Of a DNA stretch of 64,000 nt, positions 42,649-57,004 are shown piece by piece. The notes below the pieces were generated by a model. It was not told where the DNA came from. It made no database searches and was given only the letters and a program-made list of their open reading frames with translations. The position numbers and the translations under genes are program-made. This DNA comes from the human T2T-CHM13v2.0 reference genome, Homo sapiens, in assembly GCF_009914755.1 (NCBI RefSeq), contig NC_060936.1, one strand, 5' to 3'. Within the stretch, counting starts at the first letter, position 1; every line of letters starts with the position of its first letter.

Positions 42649-43669
42649 AATTTGGAGAACAGAGAAAGGGAGTCAATCATAATTCCAGCCCTCAGTACAA
42701 CCATTGTTTAGTATTTAAACATATTTCATTTTAGTTTTTTCCTCCAGTGCACCTGTTTTTCTTTTAAGCATAATTGTAAGTATAGTGTTGCTACCTCTTT
42801 CCATTCTCCATGTTTACTTAAGACAATAAAAACATTCACTGCTTATGAAATACCTGGCACATACCAAGATCTGTATAGATTGTTTTCTCTTTCTCATTTA
42901 ATCCTTAACATAATCCTGGGAAGCAGGCATTTTCCTGACACTAGAGATAAAGAAACCAGGGCTCAGGGAGTCTCAGTTGCACTTTGGATAAGTGATAGAG
43001 CTAGGATTGGAACCTGGATATCTTTGACTCTGAAATCTCTGCTCTACCCATTGTGATATCCAGCCTTCCCAAGGCGTAAGTATTTTTTTTTTTGATAGTA
43101 CAACACTATTCCCATAACTCTGATTTTACATGCAGACATATTATGCTAATGAGAGATGGTTTCACAACTTAACCACGCCTCTGTTGTAGAACACATGAGC
43201 TACTTTCTCTCACTCTATAAATAATGCCGTGATTGATATCTTCATGGATATGGCTTTTAACCAAATTGTTTTTCTAAAGGGTTGCCCTAATTTGAATGCC
43301 AGACTTAAACCGTAATAGCATATTATTATCTAAAAAAATAGTTGGTGCTTTTTTAGGCAACAGTATCTTGGTTTAATCAGCACATAGTTGAATACAGGCT
43401 TGGCTTTATTCAAGAAACATTTAAAGGGTACCTGCTATATACCAGGAATGATGGTAGGAATGGAAGATACACAGGTGTTTGCATTATACGACTCACTCAG
43501 AAAGCCAAAACCAGGGCGTTTCAATTACTCTAACCCATGACTCACTCAGCTGATGGTTTCAGGGGCTGTGCTGAAGAAGCCTTGGTGATATGGGTGCAAA
43601 TGCCAAAAACATGGGTAAGTCTCACTGGCTCAGGGAAAATGTGATGCAGAGTAGGTGGCATTGCCAGCT

Positions 43670-44620
<951 letters not shown>

Positions 44621-45031
44621 TGGACAGGCCTTGAGCCCCCAAGTTGCTGAGGCCCTTATGGTAACCACATGTGTTATTTTGTTTTAGTTAACAGTGTACA
44701 CAGAGACATGAGGAAATTGTAAAGTTGATTTTAAATCAACTTTAAATCAATAAAGTTGATTTAAAAAAAATCTTTGAGGATTGGTTGAAGTCTGTTTAAT
44801 AAGCCATTTGAACTTGGGATCCCCTACCCCACTCAGAATAGCCAAATTCTGTCCCTCCTCTCCTCAGCAGAGGTTTATTCTCCAGAGATGGCTAGATAGA
44901 GGGTCTTTGTAACAAGGTACGGTACATCCTATTGAGGGAATAGGCACCTTACTGAAAAGATAAGAGAGTAAGTGAAGGTTTACAACTGAATGCTGAGACC
45001 CCTCTGTCCTCTTCTTTCATTTTGTTTCCAG

Positions 45032-45345
45032 AATGCTGGAAGCCAAGCTTGCACATTCTAGGCAGCCATTTGGAAGATTCTTCTCTGCGCATGACCAGCT
45101 GAAAAGGAAAAACCCCGAAACATTGGCACTGTGATTTCTCCATGTGAACAGTTTAGTTCGCCGAGGTGGACATGCCTCATTCATGCTTATGGAGTGACCG
45201 ACCAGCCTTTAGTGACACCCCCTGAAATGTGAGTCATCCATGGGTCACTAGTCATTGGAGAAGAGCCCCTTATACAAAACTTGGAGCTCAGACCACAAAC
45301 AACAACAACAATCCAAAAAATAAAAAAATGAAAAATTAGGAGCAG
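45032..45345 (+). ncRNA. Candidate terminal exon of a plus-strand intergenic lncRNA
   Basis: Strong acceptor cctcttctttcattttgtttccAG at 45030-45031 followed by AATAAA at 45319-45324; lncRNAs (LINC00592, C12orf80) are recalled between KRT80 and KRT7, but exon assignment is unverified. Confidence 0.35.
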
Positions 45346-45479
45346 AGACTAAATGGAAAGATGGAAATATTAAAATAAAAATATTATTTTAAAAATTAAT
45401 ATGTATTAAAATTTTATTTAAAGTAAAAATAAATAAAATAAAAAAATTAATATTAATTAATACCAATATTCTCCCTTTT

Positions 45480-46200
45480 ATTAATATCATCAGAAAAAGA
45501 AGATATTTCATCCTGGAAACAAGAGCAGAATGCAATAAAAAAGGTGTAGTCAAAAAACAAGATGAGCCCTAGGAAGTTAAAACAATGATAGCAGAAATGA
45601 AAAATTTAGTTAAAGGCTTTGAAGAGAATATGAAAGAAATCTAGAGAGTAGAGAAAAAGGACAAAGTGCTAGGAAACAGGAGAGCAAAGATTAGAAAATC
45701 AGAGACCCAGTTCAGGAGTTAGTTCCAGCACTGAATAAGGAGAGTCCCAGAAAGAGAAAACAGAAAGAATGTAAAGGAAGAAAACTCAAAGAAATAGCTT
45801 GAGAAAATTTCCTGAACTGAAAGATATGAGCTTGTTGATGCAATAGCCCACGAAATCCCCAAAAGATCGAGTCATTTCACTGGCACAGGGAAGATTCAAC
45901 AAACTTATGATTGGGGGGAGAAGATTTCACATGAGAAATCTAGAATCAGAATGGTTTCAGACTTTTCAGTAGCAATACTGGTGGCTAGAAGGCAATGGGC
46001 ACCCTTAAAATACTGAGGGCAAACATTTTACAACTCGGAATTCCACAGCTGCCAAAATTATGAATTAGTCATGAGAATAAAAAGATTCAGACACATACTT
46101 TCTCAACACATTTTCCTCACAAACCTCAGAAAGCTACCAGAGGATATGCTCTATCAAAACTAGAAAGTAAACTAAGGAAGAGATAGAATGTAGGAGAGAG
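45480..46200 (+). mobile_element. Ancient L1/HAL1 ORF1-derived relic
   Basis: A-rich degenerate segments (gaaaattttcctgaactgaa, agaatcagaatggtttcagactttt) resemble L1 ORF1; no intact ORF. Confidence 0.5.
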
Positions 46201-46803
46201 AAAGTCCCCAGCAAGAGACAAATCTTAGCCTGATGATGGTGATGGGAGGTACCAAGGTGAGAGCAGTGCATCAGGTCTAGAGACCACCCAGTCCAGGTGG
46301 GAATGGGGAGAGACTCTGAGGAAAATGGCTCCAGATGATGAAATTGATAGAATCGTTGACATGTTCTATCAATCTATCAATGAGGGAGATTCTGGAATGA
46401 TTCATTAACTCTGGGAAAAGTGAAAGTAGGGAAGCATATTGATTGAATGGTTCCAAAAGTAAATGAAGTATACTATACTCCTTTGCTCTGAATATCAATT
46501 AATGAAATAATTCTATCAGGATGAAGGGAGTTGGGAAATACAGTGGCCCTGGGATGGTTGTTAAAGAGAGGTAAATTCTTACTTTTCAGAGTAAGAAGTC
46601 AATAGTTAATGCTCAAACCTGAAAAGTCGAGAAGTAGCAGTATAAATATGTTATTTAGAGATATGGATATAAGATTTAAAATAGAAGGCTAAAACTTGAA
46701 TGTGGTTGCCATTGGGGAGTAGACATCGTGTGTAGGTAAGAGCTGTTACTTTTCATAATGAGTCTTATGGTTTACTTCTTTAAATCACACATGTATAAAT
46801 GTG

Positions 46804-47094
46804 TTTTTTTGAAACAAGGTCTCACTTTGTTATCCAGGCTGAAGTGCAAAGGCATAATCATAGCTCACTGGAGCCTTTATCTCCCGGGTTCAAGTGATCC
46901 TCCCACTTCAGTCTTCTGAGTAGCTAGGACTACAGGTGCATGCCACTTTGCTCTTCAAAAAAAATTTTTTTTTTTGTAGAAACAGGGTCTCACTATGTTG
47001 CTCAGGCTGGTCTTGAACTCCTGGACTTAAGTGATCTTTCTGTCTTGGCCTCCTAAAGTGTTAGGATTACAGGTGGGAGCCACCATGCCCAGCC
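46804..47094 (-). mobile_element. AluJ element
   Basis: Diverged reverse Alu dimer. Confidence 0.88.
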
Positions 47095-47639
47095 AGCATG
47101 TATAGCTTTGATAAAAATTTATATATCCATATCAATATTTATCTATCTATCTCTGGAGCATATTGGAAAGTGGTGGTTGAAGTGGAGAAGGGTGACTTTT
47201 TTTTTTTTTTCCTCGTGCTGCTGGGAAAATTAGCCAATAGTATAAAAAGCTAATCAGCTAATGGTGGTGGATGGGGAAGTTTGGTCTTTTGCTAGAGCCC
47301 AAAGCAGCTTCATCAGAAGCTTTGAGTTCCTAGAACCCTGGACCCAAAGGCCTTGGGGGAAGCTTGTTTGTCTAGAAGAGCCAAGATCCTCTGAGTTGCC
47401 TGAGCTGGGTGGATCCATTCTCTCAGGACAAGAGAAGGATCCAGCCCTGGCCATAAAATCTGCTGACACTGGCTGCCCTCTGCAGAGGAGGGGCTCACTC
47501 TGTTTACCTGAGCTGGGAGAAAAGTGCCCTTACCTGTTAATACCTGGAGCAGCGAGAGAACTTAGGGGCTGTCCTCCCTCTTCAGTGTGCTGCCAGCTTG
47601 AAGGATGGAACCAACAATCAAACAGATGCCTCCTACTGA

Positions 47640-48800
<1,161 letters not shown>

Positions 48801-49212
48801 TAAAACTCACAATAGGGAAAGACAAATAGCATGAGAAACAGTGGAGACCAATACATCTAGTGGAATATGTATTAAATAAATGAATGATGAATGAAAGAGA
48901 AGACAGGGAAGAAAAACCGTTAGAAATAGTTTGAAACTAAAATGACAGATTATTTCCACCAAATCCAGGATTTGGGATGGAGGGGCTTGTGGGGGTGAGG
49001 ATGGGGAAATAAAAGGTGCTATAGGTGTGATCTAAATTGAGGGGATTACATTACTGTATGCTTTTGGTATGATGATAGTGAAATAGGGGTTCAAATATAA
49101 CTTGAAAGATGAAAGTAACTATTAGTAAACTTGCGGTAGATAGAAAAACTTCCAAATACCAGGCAGGGGAAACATGAGTAGCTACAATTTTCCCCCCTCT
49201 ATGTTCTTTAAT

Positions 49213-49925
49213 GGTTTTGTTATTATTATTATCATTATTTTTGAGACAGGGTCTCACTCTGTCACCCATGTGGGAATGCAGTGACACAATCTTGGTTCAC
49301 TGCAACTTCTGCCTCCTGGGCTTAAGAGATCCTCTCTCCTCAGCCTACCATGTAACTGTAACTGGGACTACAGGCACGTACCACCACGCCCAGCTCTTCT
49401 TCTTTTTCCTCTTCTTCTTCTTCTTCTTCCTCCTCCTCCTCCTCCCCCCTCCCCTTCCCCTCCTCCTCCTCCTCCTCTTCTTCCTCTTCTTCTTCTTCCT
49501 CTTCCTCTTCTTCTTCTTCTTCTTCTTCTTCTTGGCTTAAGAGATCCTCTCTCCTCAGCCTCCCATGTAACTGTAACTGGGAGTACAGGCATGTACCACC
49601 ACGCCCAGCTCTTCTTCTTCTTCTTCTTCTTCTTCCTCTCCGTCTTCTTCTTCTTCTTCTCCTCCTCCCCCCCTCCCCTCCCCCTCCCTTCCCCCTCCCC
49701 TCCCCCTCCCCTCCCCCTCCCCCTCCTCCTTCTTCTTCTTCTTCTTCTTCTTCTTCTTCTTCTTCTTCTTCTTCTTCTTCTTCTTCTTCTTCTTCTTCTT
49801 TATATTTTGAAGAGATGGGGTTTTCCATGTTGCCCAGGCTGGTCTTGAACTCCTGAGCTCAAGCAATTGCCTGCCTTGGCCTCCCAAAGTGCTGGGATTA
49901 CAGGCATGAGCCATCACACCTGGCC
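49213..49925 (-). mobile_element. AluJ with internal tandem duplication and GAA/GGA-expanded linker
   Basis: Alu arms at both ends, TSD tgttctttaat at 49202-49212 and 49928-49938; 77-bp segment repeated at 49319 and 49534. Confidence 0.92.
49729..49800 (+). repeat. (CTT)24, i.e. (GAA)24 on the minus strand
   Basis: Direct count of uninterrupted units. Confidence 0.95.
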
Positions 49926-50705
49926 ACTGTTCTTTAATTTTTGAATTCTTTTTAATGACGAGGCTGCATTGATTAATTGCCCTTATAATTATAATCAATG
50001 AAGTAAGAAACACTGAAAAGTAAATAGTGTTCAAAGATACCCTGTGGTGCCATAAGCAATGTGTTTGGAGAAACTCCTTTCTTCCATCTCTTACATTCTT
50101 TCCCTGTATGCTTCCCCCGCTATCCAGAAACAATGACTAATGACTGTCACTAGGGAAAAGGGCTAGAGAATGGCACGTAGGTGACTTTGTGAGGGCCCAG
50201 AATAAGAACTGAATAACATATGATGCCAATAAAGATGGCTATCTGTGTACTTACAAGTTCTTATTTGTTAGGGAAGGGAGATGTTCTGGCATGCACTATA
50301 GGGAATTTTTAATCCTCATCTTTAGAAAACCGGACTCTGTGATGGGATTTAGAAGACACCAGGTTGAAAGCCACCAATGGAGCAGCATGGTGAGAAGGTC
50401 TCTGGCCTAGAAATTAAGGTGCCTCAGTTTAGTTGTGTCTCTGCCATTTTTGTGAGCCATGTGTCTTTGCGTAACTCATTTAATCCCTCTGAGACTAATT
50501 TTCCCACTCCAGGAAAACTGTGTTGCTACACATAGTCAGCACTCTTAAAATCTCTTGAAATGTCTGTTGAATAAATAATGAACAAACAAATGAGTAAAGT
50601 GACTTGTCTAAGGTCGCCCTCAGTGTGAGCTGTGCCTGAGCCCACAGGTGTCCGGATGCAGCCTGATACTCCATCCAGGTTAGCACACCTCCCCCACTCA
50701 CTCAC

Positions 50706-51175
50706 CGGTCTCAGCACTCTGCACACCTCATGGAGACTCTGCTCCAGGTTCTTCACAGAGCACAGCACCAAGGTGCAGACCAGCATGTCCACAGAGCCAT
50801 CGGCCACCTGGTGCGTGTTCTCCCTGGCAGCTACCACAAAGCGCTCAAACTGCAGGTGTTGGTTCTCTGCAATGCTTTTGATCAAAAACTTCTCAAAGTT
50901 GGGGTTGGGGTCAATACAGGTCACCCTGCACCCAGGTGGCTAGTACTTGAAGTTGGCCCCCATGCCACAGCCCACCTCCAGCAGGGAGAGCTTCTTGGAG
51001 GGGCCCACAAACTCCTGCAGGTTGCCAAAGAGCTCCTGCTTCTTGCTTGCCATCTGTTCTTTGTACATCACAGTGAACCTCACCAAGAAGTAGGGGAACC
51101 ATTTTTGCACATCCAGTTCTACAAGCCCATAAAGTTCAGCAGGTACATGGGAAATGCTAGGATGTCAATGGCCAG
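50706..51175 (-). pseudogene. METTL7AP1: METTL7A/TMT1A (thiol methyltransferase 1A) exon-1 pseudogene fragment
   Basis: Reads LAIDILAFPMYLLNFMGL*NWMCK/WFPYFLVRFTVMYKEQMASKKQELFGNLQEFVGPSKKLSLLEVGCGMGANFKY*PPGCRVTCIDPNPNFEKFLIKSIAENQHLQFERFVVA...VCTLVLCSVKN...VCRVLRP, closely matching METTL7A with SAM motif LLEVGCG. Stops at 51119-51121 and 50940-50942, 1-nt frameshift in the A-run at 51102-51106, no start codon. Symbol is from recall. Confidence 0.92.
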
Positions 51176-53167
51176 CAACGAGGAGGCCCAGGAGACACTG
51201 CTGACCAAAGGCAGAGAGAAGTGCCCAGTGGCAAAGGGGATACCGCTCAGATGGGGATTGCATTGGTGGTCACACCCGACCCCAAGGATGTGGCTTTCTC
51301 CAGTAATGCTTTGCAGGCTAGAGCTCGAGGAGAGGAGTCTGAGGTTTAGGCTGAATAGGGCTGGAGATTTATCCACGTGGGGACTGAAGAGTCAGGGGTC
51401 AGAGGGTGAGAGTAATGGTCAGGGAGCCTGAGCTGGAAAGAAAGGTGAAAGGAGGGTGGTGGGTGGGGAGAAAACGGAACAGCCAAGTTCAGGACTGGGG
51501 GTGCTGGTGTAGCTGAGGAATCCACCAATGACAGTGAGAGTTATTATCAATGGTCCTGCAGTTTAGGATCTAGAATGTGACCTCAGGTATAGGCAAGAGA
51601 AAAAGGATGCAGTGAAAGAATTGAGGAGCTCAAGGAACTCAAAGGGTAAGATGCTGGGTGGGTCATTTGCACTGAGAATGAGGGAGCCCGGGGTGGAGAG
51701 GAAGCAGGACCCAGGTGCCAGAGTCCACAGTGAGCATGAAGGGAGTCAGGTCAGTAGGTGGCTGTGGGGCCAGTAGGGATCAGCCTCAGGGGAGAGAGGC
51801 AGGAGTGGTGCAGCTGGATCACAGGAGCCCACAGGATTTTTAGAATCACAGTGATCTGTGCAATCAATATATAAAGGTTAAAAACTCAATCAGTATATAA
51901 AGGATTTTCTTTTCAACCAATAGCATTCCAGTGAATGGTCAATTCACTGGATTAAATGAATTGGTCAATTCCTTTAATTACTTCCCTATTGACAGGCATT
52001 TAGGATGTTTCTATTTTTTCACAAATATACCACATTCCAATTCGAATTCCAAGATAATGAAAAAATTAATATTTTTTTTCTTTATGAGTCAGAGGACGTG
52101 TTTTTAGGGGATAGACAATGAGTAATAGTTCTCTAAGTGCAGCAAGGAGCCAAACAGAATGCCTCCTCTCTGGGAAAGGAGCAGCAGGGGCCACTGGGGC
52201 AGAGGTGTCTAGGGCAGGTTTAGCAGAGCCAGGCAATGTGGAGGACCTGGGGCTGCTTTGAGTTCATAGCTCAGTTCTAGAGCATGAGGTGGGACAGCTA
52301 GGAGGGTGGTGGGAAGACAGTGGGGGTGTGCTTGGCTGTGTGTGTGTGACAGAGTGCTACGGAGACAGGAGCCTGCATTTGGGGCAGGCAGATGACCAAT
52401 GGGGAAAGACTGTGGGAATAACTCGCCTCATGATTCTGCCCAGGATTTCCTAAGGTGGTCTTGGTGAGGCCAACAAAGTCCGGGTGGGGTGGAGACAGAG
52501 GCTGGATGGATGGGTGAGCTGTGAACTCTTGTGGGCAGGAATCTTATCTGCAGCCTCTCAGGTTGGCAGCGCTTTGGGAAGCCCTCCAGAGGATGTTTGC
52601 GTGTGCCACCTGGCACAGAGTGGGCTCTTAGTGCTGGCCTGTGAATGGAGAGGCAGGAGGAGACTGGCCAGGGCTGGAACGGCCTGGAATGCTTCAGAGA
52701 GGGGAGGAGAGGCCAAGGGGTGAATGTCAGGCAGGCCCTGGAATGCAGAAATGTTGCTCAAAGTGGCCCCCACCCCCAACCCCAGATGTGAGCCTGAAAA
52801 TCCCAGAGACCTTTTCTCCTTCCCATTGTCCTCCCCAGTCCTCTCTAGGTATGGAATCTGGAGATTTCATCTTGGGTGAAAAATCCATGGCCCAGGGAGG
52901 GGCAGTGACATGTCCAGGGCCTCAAGGCAACAGCAGTGCCCTGACAAAGATTTCCCAGCCAGGCTTTAGGGGAGAAGTGGATGCAGGAACTCCTGGTCTA
53001 GGTGGGCACAGCCTCCAGAGCGCAGATCCTGTAGGGGGCTGGAGATGGGGACGGATGAGAGGGCCAGAGGCAGAACTTGTTAGTGGAGGTATGGGAGAGC
53101 AGGCGTTGGTGTGAGAGGCAGTGGTAAAAACAGAGTTGAAGATGAGCCCTGAGGGGTGAGGAAGTTG

Positions 53168-53169
<2 letters not shown>

Positions 53170-53203
<34 letters not shown>
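53170..53203 (+). repeat. (GT)17 microsatellite about 1.7 kb upstream of KRT7
   Basis: Direct count. Confidence 0.95.
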
Positions 53204-53208
<5 letters not shown>

Positions 53209-54619
53209 AAACAATTGGTCTTTTTTGCCTGCTTGGGCGTTGGGGAAGGAGGGCAGTGAGATTCCTATGAATGCAAATATCACAGGACCAGGTAATCCGT
53301 ATGCTCTTCAAGCTACAACCAGGCACAATTCCAGGTCGAATCTCTCTCGGTCTTATGCACACATACATGCTCCACAGCCGATACCACAGCAGGTCTCCTT
53401 GGGCACCCCTCCGCCTCTGGCCTGAGCTGACCCAACACCAATGGCTAGGGTCAGGAGGGGAGGCAGGGAGGGAGGCTGGTGAGCCTTCACTAAGATCACT
53501 GAGAAGGAGTGACAGTCTTTAGCCTCACTGGAAGTCGTTGTGCTTTAACTGAAATGGCCAAGCAGGAAGGACATTCCGTCCCCACCCTTGTCTCCCCCAA
53601 GGGCTTAGGTCTGAGGTAACGAACCTGGCCAGCTTATTGGGAGGGGCTAGAGGTGGGCTAAGGGCAGACGGAAGCCAGGCCTGAGAACAGGGTGTGGCAA
53701 GCATGGCTGGCCCTACCGGGAAGTGAGGCCAACACTCAGGCTTTGTCCGGTATTCTGTTCCAGCACTATGATTACCCCTCTTGACTGGGTTTGAAACTGC
53801 TGGGAATTGTTTGGTGGTGGCTTCACGGGAGAAAGATGATGAAAGCTGAGGGCCTTTAAACAGGAAAATGGTGGAGGGAGCGGGAGGAGAGTTGAGTGCT
53901 AACAGAAGCACACGCACTCAGGCAGGCATGAAAATGTGTGCCATTGTGTAGCCACAGCTGCCCCCTCGCCCAGGATGCACGCACAGACCCCCATCTGTGT
54001 AAGCAGGCTCAGACATGCGGGTGCATATGCCTGGGGGTGTGAGCACAGCAGAGCCCAGAGGCCTGCAGGCGTGTGCACACATCCACAAAGTGTCCACACA
54101 TCCACAAAGTGTCACAAATACACACAAGTGTCCCCTTCCTGTACAGGGACGCATAAAATAAATGGGCAGGAATATGAGTGGAGGGTCCGGGAGGTGAGGG
54201 TCCAGGATAAGCATTCCCAAGGTCCCTGGGATTCCGATGCCTACTGGAGTGGGGAGGGGAGGAGCCAGAGGTGCGGTCGGTCGTGTGTCTCTCTCAGCCT
54301 AGTTTCTATGGGAAATGAAGTAGGAAGGAACGCAGCCAGGGAAACTAGCTGGGCCAGGAGGGGTCAGACCCCTGAACAAGTGAGCTGATCTCTCAAGGAG
54401 GAGCTGGATCGGTGTGAGGGAGAGCGGTAAGGAATGCCTTTCTGGCTTCAGCAGCCTGGAGGATGGGGACGTCTGGGCGTTGACTCCTGGGTTGGAACTT
54501 TTCAGCCCACCCCTTCCCCCAGTCTCTTGCCACTGGGTCTCTCTGCTTGGGCCTCAGGGATCTCTAGGTTCTTCACTCCCTCTCCAAGCATCCTCCTCCG
54601 GGAAGCCTTCCCTCACTGA

Positions 54620-55400
54620 GTCCGTTTCCAATGGGCTGGAACTGCGGTCCCCCGCTGTTCTCTGCGGCCGTCTAGGGATGGCGCTCCTGCCTACTCCGGA
54701 CCATCCCTGCTTGGACTGAAAGCCTGGGCTTCGGCGGGGCGGGCGGGCAGAGGGCGGAGGGCGGCCCCAGGAGGGGCCTGGCAGCAGAGAAAGGTGGCCC
54801 GCGGCCAGCCCCGCCCCTACCTGTGGAAGCCCAGCCGCCCGCTCCCGCGGATAAAAGGTGCGGAGTGTCCCCGAGGTCAGCGAGTGCGCGCTCCTCCTCG
54901 CCCGCCGCTAGGTCCATCCCGGCCCAGCCACCATGTCCATCCACTTCAGCTCCCCGGTATTCACCTCGCGCTCAGCCGCCTTCTCGGGCCGCGGCGCCCA
55001 GGTGCGCCTGAGCTCCGCTCGCCCCGGCGGCCTTGGCAGCAGCAGCCTCTACGGCCTCGGCGCCTCGCGGCCGCGCGTGGCCGTGCGCTCTGCCTATGGG
55101 GGCCCGGTGGGCGCCGGCATCCGCGAGGTCACCATTAACCAGAGCCTGCTGGCCCCGCTGCGGCTGGACGCCGACCCCTCCCTCCAGCGGGTGCGCCAGG
55201 AGGAGAGCGAGCAGATCAAGACCCTCAACAACAAGTTTGCCTCCTTCATCGACAAGGTGAGCGGGACTGGACCTCGCCTCTCCTCGAGCCGCGCTCCAGA
55301 CCACACCAGCCGCCCTAACTAGCCCTGCCTGCGCGCGGGCCAGGCGCTGGGGAGCACTGCCGCCCTTCTGTCTTTCCGCCAGTGTTGGGGACACGATCTG
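54620..55400 (+). promoter_or_regulatory. KRT7: KRT7 CpG island and promoter
   Basis: Dense CpG spanning exon 1; clustered GC boxes (GGGGCGGGCGGG near 54736, GGGCGG near 54752, CCCCGCCC near 54809); TATA-like GATAAAA 54850-54856, about 80 nt before the ATG. Confidence 0.85.
54933..55256 (+). CDS. KRT7: Keratin 7 coding exon 1
   Basis: Kozak cagccaccATG; [28 protein letters not shown]...[11 protein letters not shown] (108 codons), matching human K7; donor AAG|GTGAGC. Confidence 0.99.
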
Positions 55401-56792
55401 GGGGTCCTTCCTCCTTCGCTTGAACCCCGTGGCTATTTTATCCCCTCGGTTTCCAAGCCCTCCCTTCCAGCAAGCTGCCCAGCTGCCCCTCCCTTTCCTC
55501 CCGGAGTGCGGGCCTGAGTCCTGTAGGGCTGCCCTCGCTGGCTGCCTGTTGGTCCCCTGGACCAGTTTTGCCTCGGACTAGGAGTTCCAGAGGCCTAGGC
55601 CAGGAGTTCTCTCTCTGGGACCCTTTCCCTGAGAGAGGACCGTGTGGAGTCAGGAATGGAGTTGGATGGCACGCCCTTCCCAGAGGGGGAGACCCAGGCT
55701 CTCTCAGATGCTGATGCGGATGCAGATGCTGGAGATTAGAGCTGCAGTCGGTGGGGCGGGGGAGGGGGGGGGGGGCTCCCGCCCCTCCCCTCCCCCACCT
55801 GCCTGGTCCTCCAGCCTCCCTTAGGTGGCAGGAGGAGAGGTTATACCTGCCCTTGAAGACAGCCCAGTTGGGGGCAGGGAGTGGCAGAGAGGGCCCTCAA
55901 AAAGGGGTCCATTTTGGAGATATTTTTCCTGGCTGTTGGCCTCCGCCACACATGGGGCCGCTGGAGGGGGCGAGGGCAGACTTGACTGGTGGGTTTGGGA
56001 GGAGTGCTGCCAAAGCCAGGAACTCAGGGCTGGCCCTGCTGGGCTGTTCTGGCCAGGGCCCCCTTCCTCAGCTTAGACGAAGTGTACTCCCACACCCGCC
56101 TCCCTCACGTTCTCCTTTCCTTCGCCATTCACCCAGACCGGTCTTTTAGATTTCATAGGGGCCTCCCCAAGCTGCTCCAGGCCCAGGTTCCCCCATGTGT
56201 TGAGCTGCACCGTCTTACTCTCTGTGGTCCCCAGGGCCTGGGGCCCTGAGCTGCTGGTTTTGCAGAGGCCTCTATTGCCTCCCACCTCCAGTCATACCGG
56301 CTACTCCTTAAGGGCCTTTGTGGGCTCCAGGCTGGGGTCATTTTACCATGGATTGACTGTCCTGAGGCCTTGCTGGAGAAAGGGGAAGGAGAGAAAGGAT
56401 ATTGAGGAAGGAAGAGAAGAGGTCCCAGACAGAAGGGAGGGCTGGGCCTGGTCATCCTCATGATCCATTGACAGGAAGAGGTGGCTGTTCAGATAGGGAG
56501 GTGGAGAACACCACCTGTAATGTGATGGGGAGTGAAGTGGAGAGGAGGCCCTGGAGCACATTCGTCGAGAGTCAACCACGGGGCACTTCCGTGCACCAGG
56601 CAGACCTGCTTCCTGGATCACTCTGTAGGACACTTGATTTGGAGTCCAAAGGGAGAGGGCTGGAAGCCCCAGGCAGGGAAACAGCCAGGGGGAGCATGGC
56701 TCTGCTAAGTGGCTAAAGATGATGTTCCTCAATCCCGCTGTGGGTGGCACGCTCTGGCTCCTCTTGAGTTTCCTCCTTCTCGCCCGTTCTAG

Positions 56793-57004
56793 GTGCGGTT
56801 TCTGGAGCAGCAGAACAAGCTGCTGGAGACCAAGTGGACGCTGCTGCAGGAGCAGAAGTCGGCCAAGAGCAGCCGCCTCCCAGACATCTTTGAGGCCCAG
56901 ATTGCTGGCCTTCGGGGTCAGCTTGAGGCACTGCAGGTGGATGGGGGCCGCCTGGAGGCGGAGCTGCGGAGCATGCAGGATGTGGTGGAGGACTTCAAGA
57001 ATAA
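56793..57004 (+). CDS. KRT7: KRT7 coding exon 2 (212 nt)
   Basis: Acceptor cccgttctAG|GTG; [21 protein letters not shown]...VVEDFKN(K); donor AA|GTAATG. Confidence 0.98.

Noticed and set aside
49211-50133. Poly-E, poly-K, poly-L and poly-F ORFs
   Set aside because: Translations of the GAA/GGA microsatellite and Alu sequence.
50730-51431. 233-aa plus-strand ORF
   Set aside because: Antisense shadow of the METTL7A pseudogene; no recognisable domain.
51927-51951. 10-bp hairpin tccagtgaat/attcactgga
   Set aside because: Short enough to arise by chance or slippage; no RNA-gene context.
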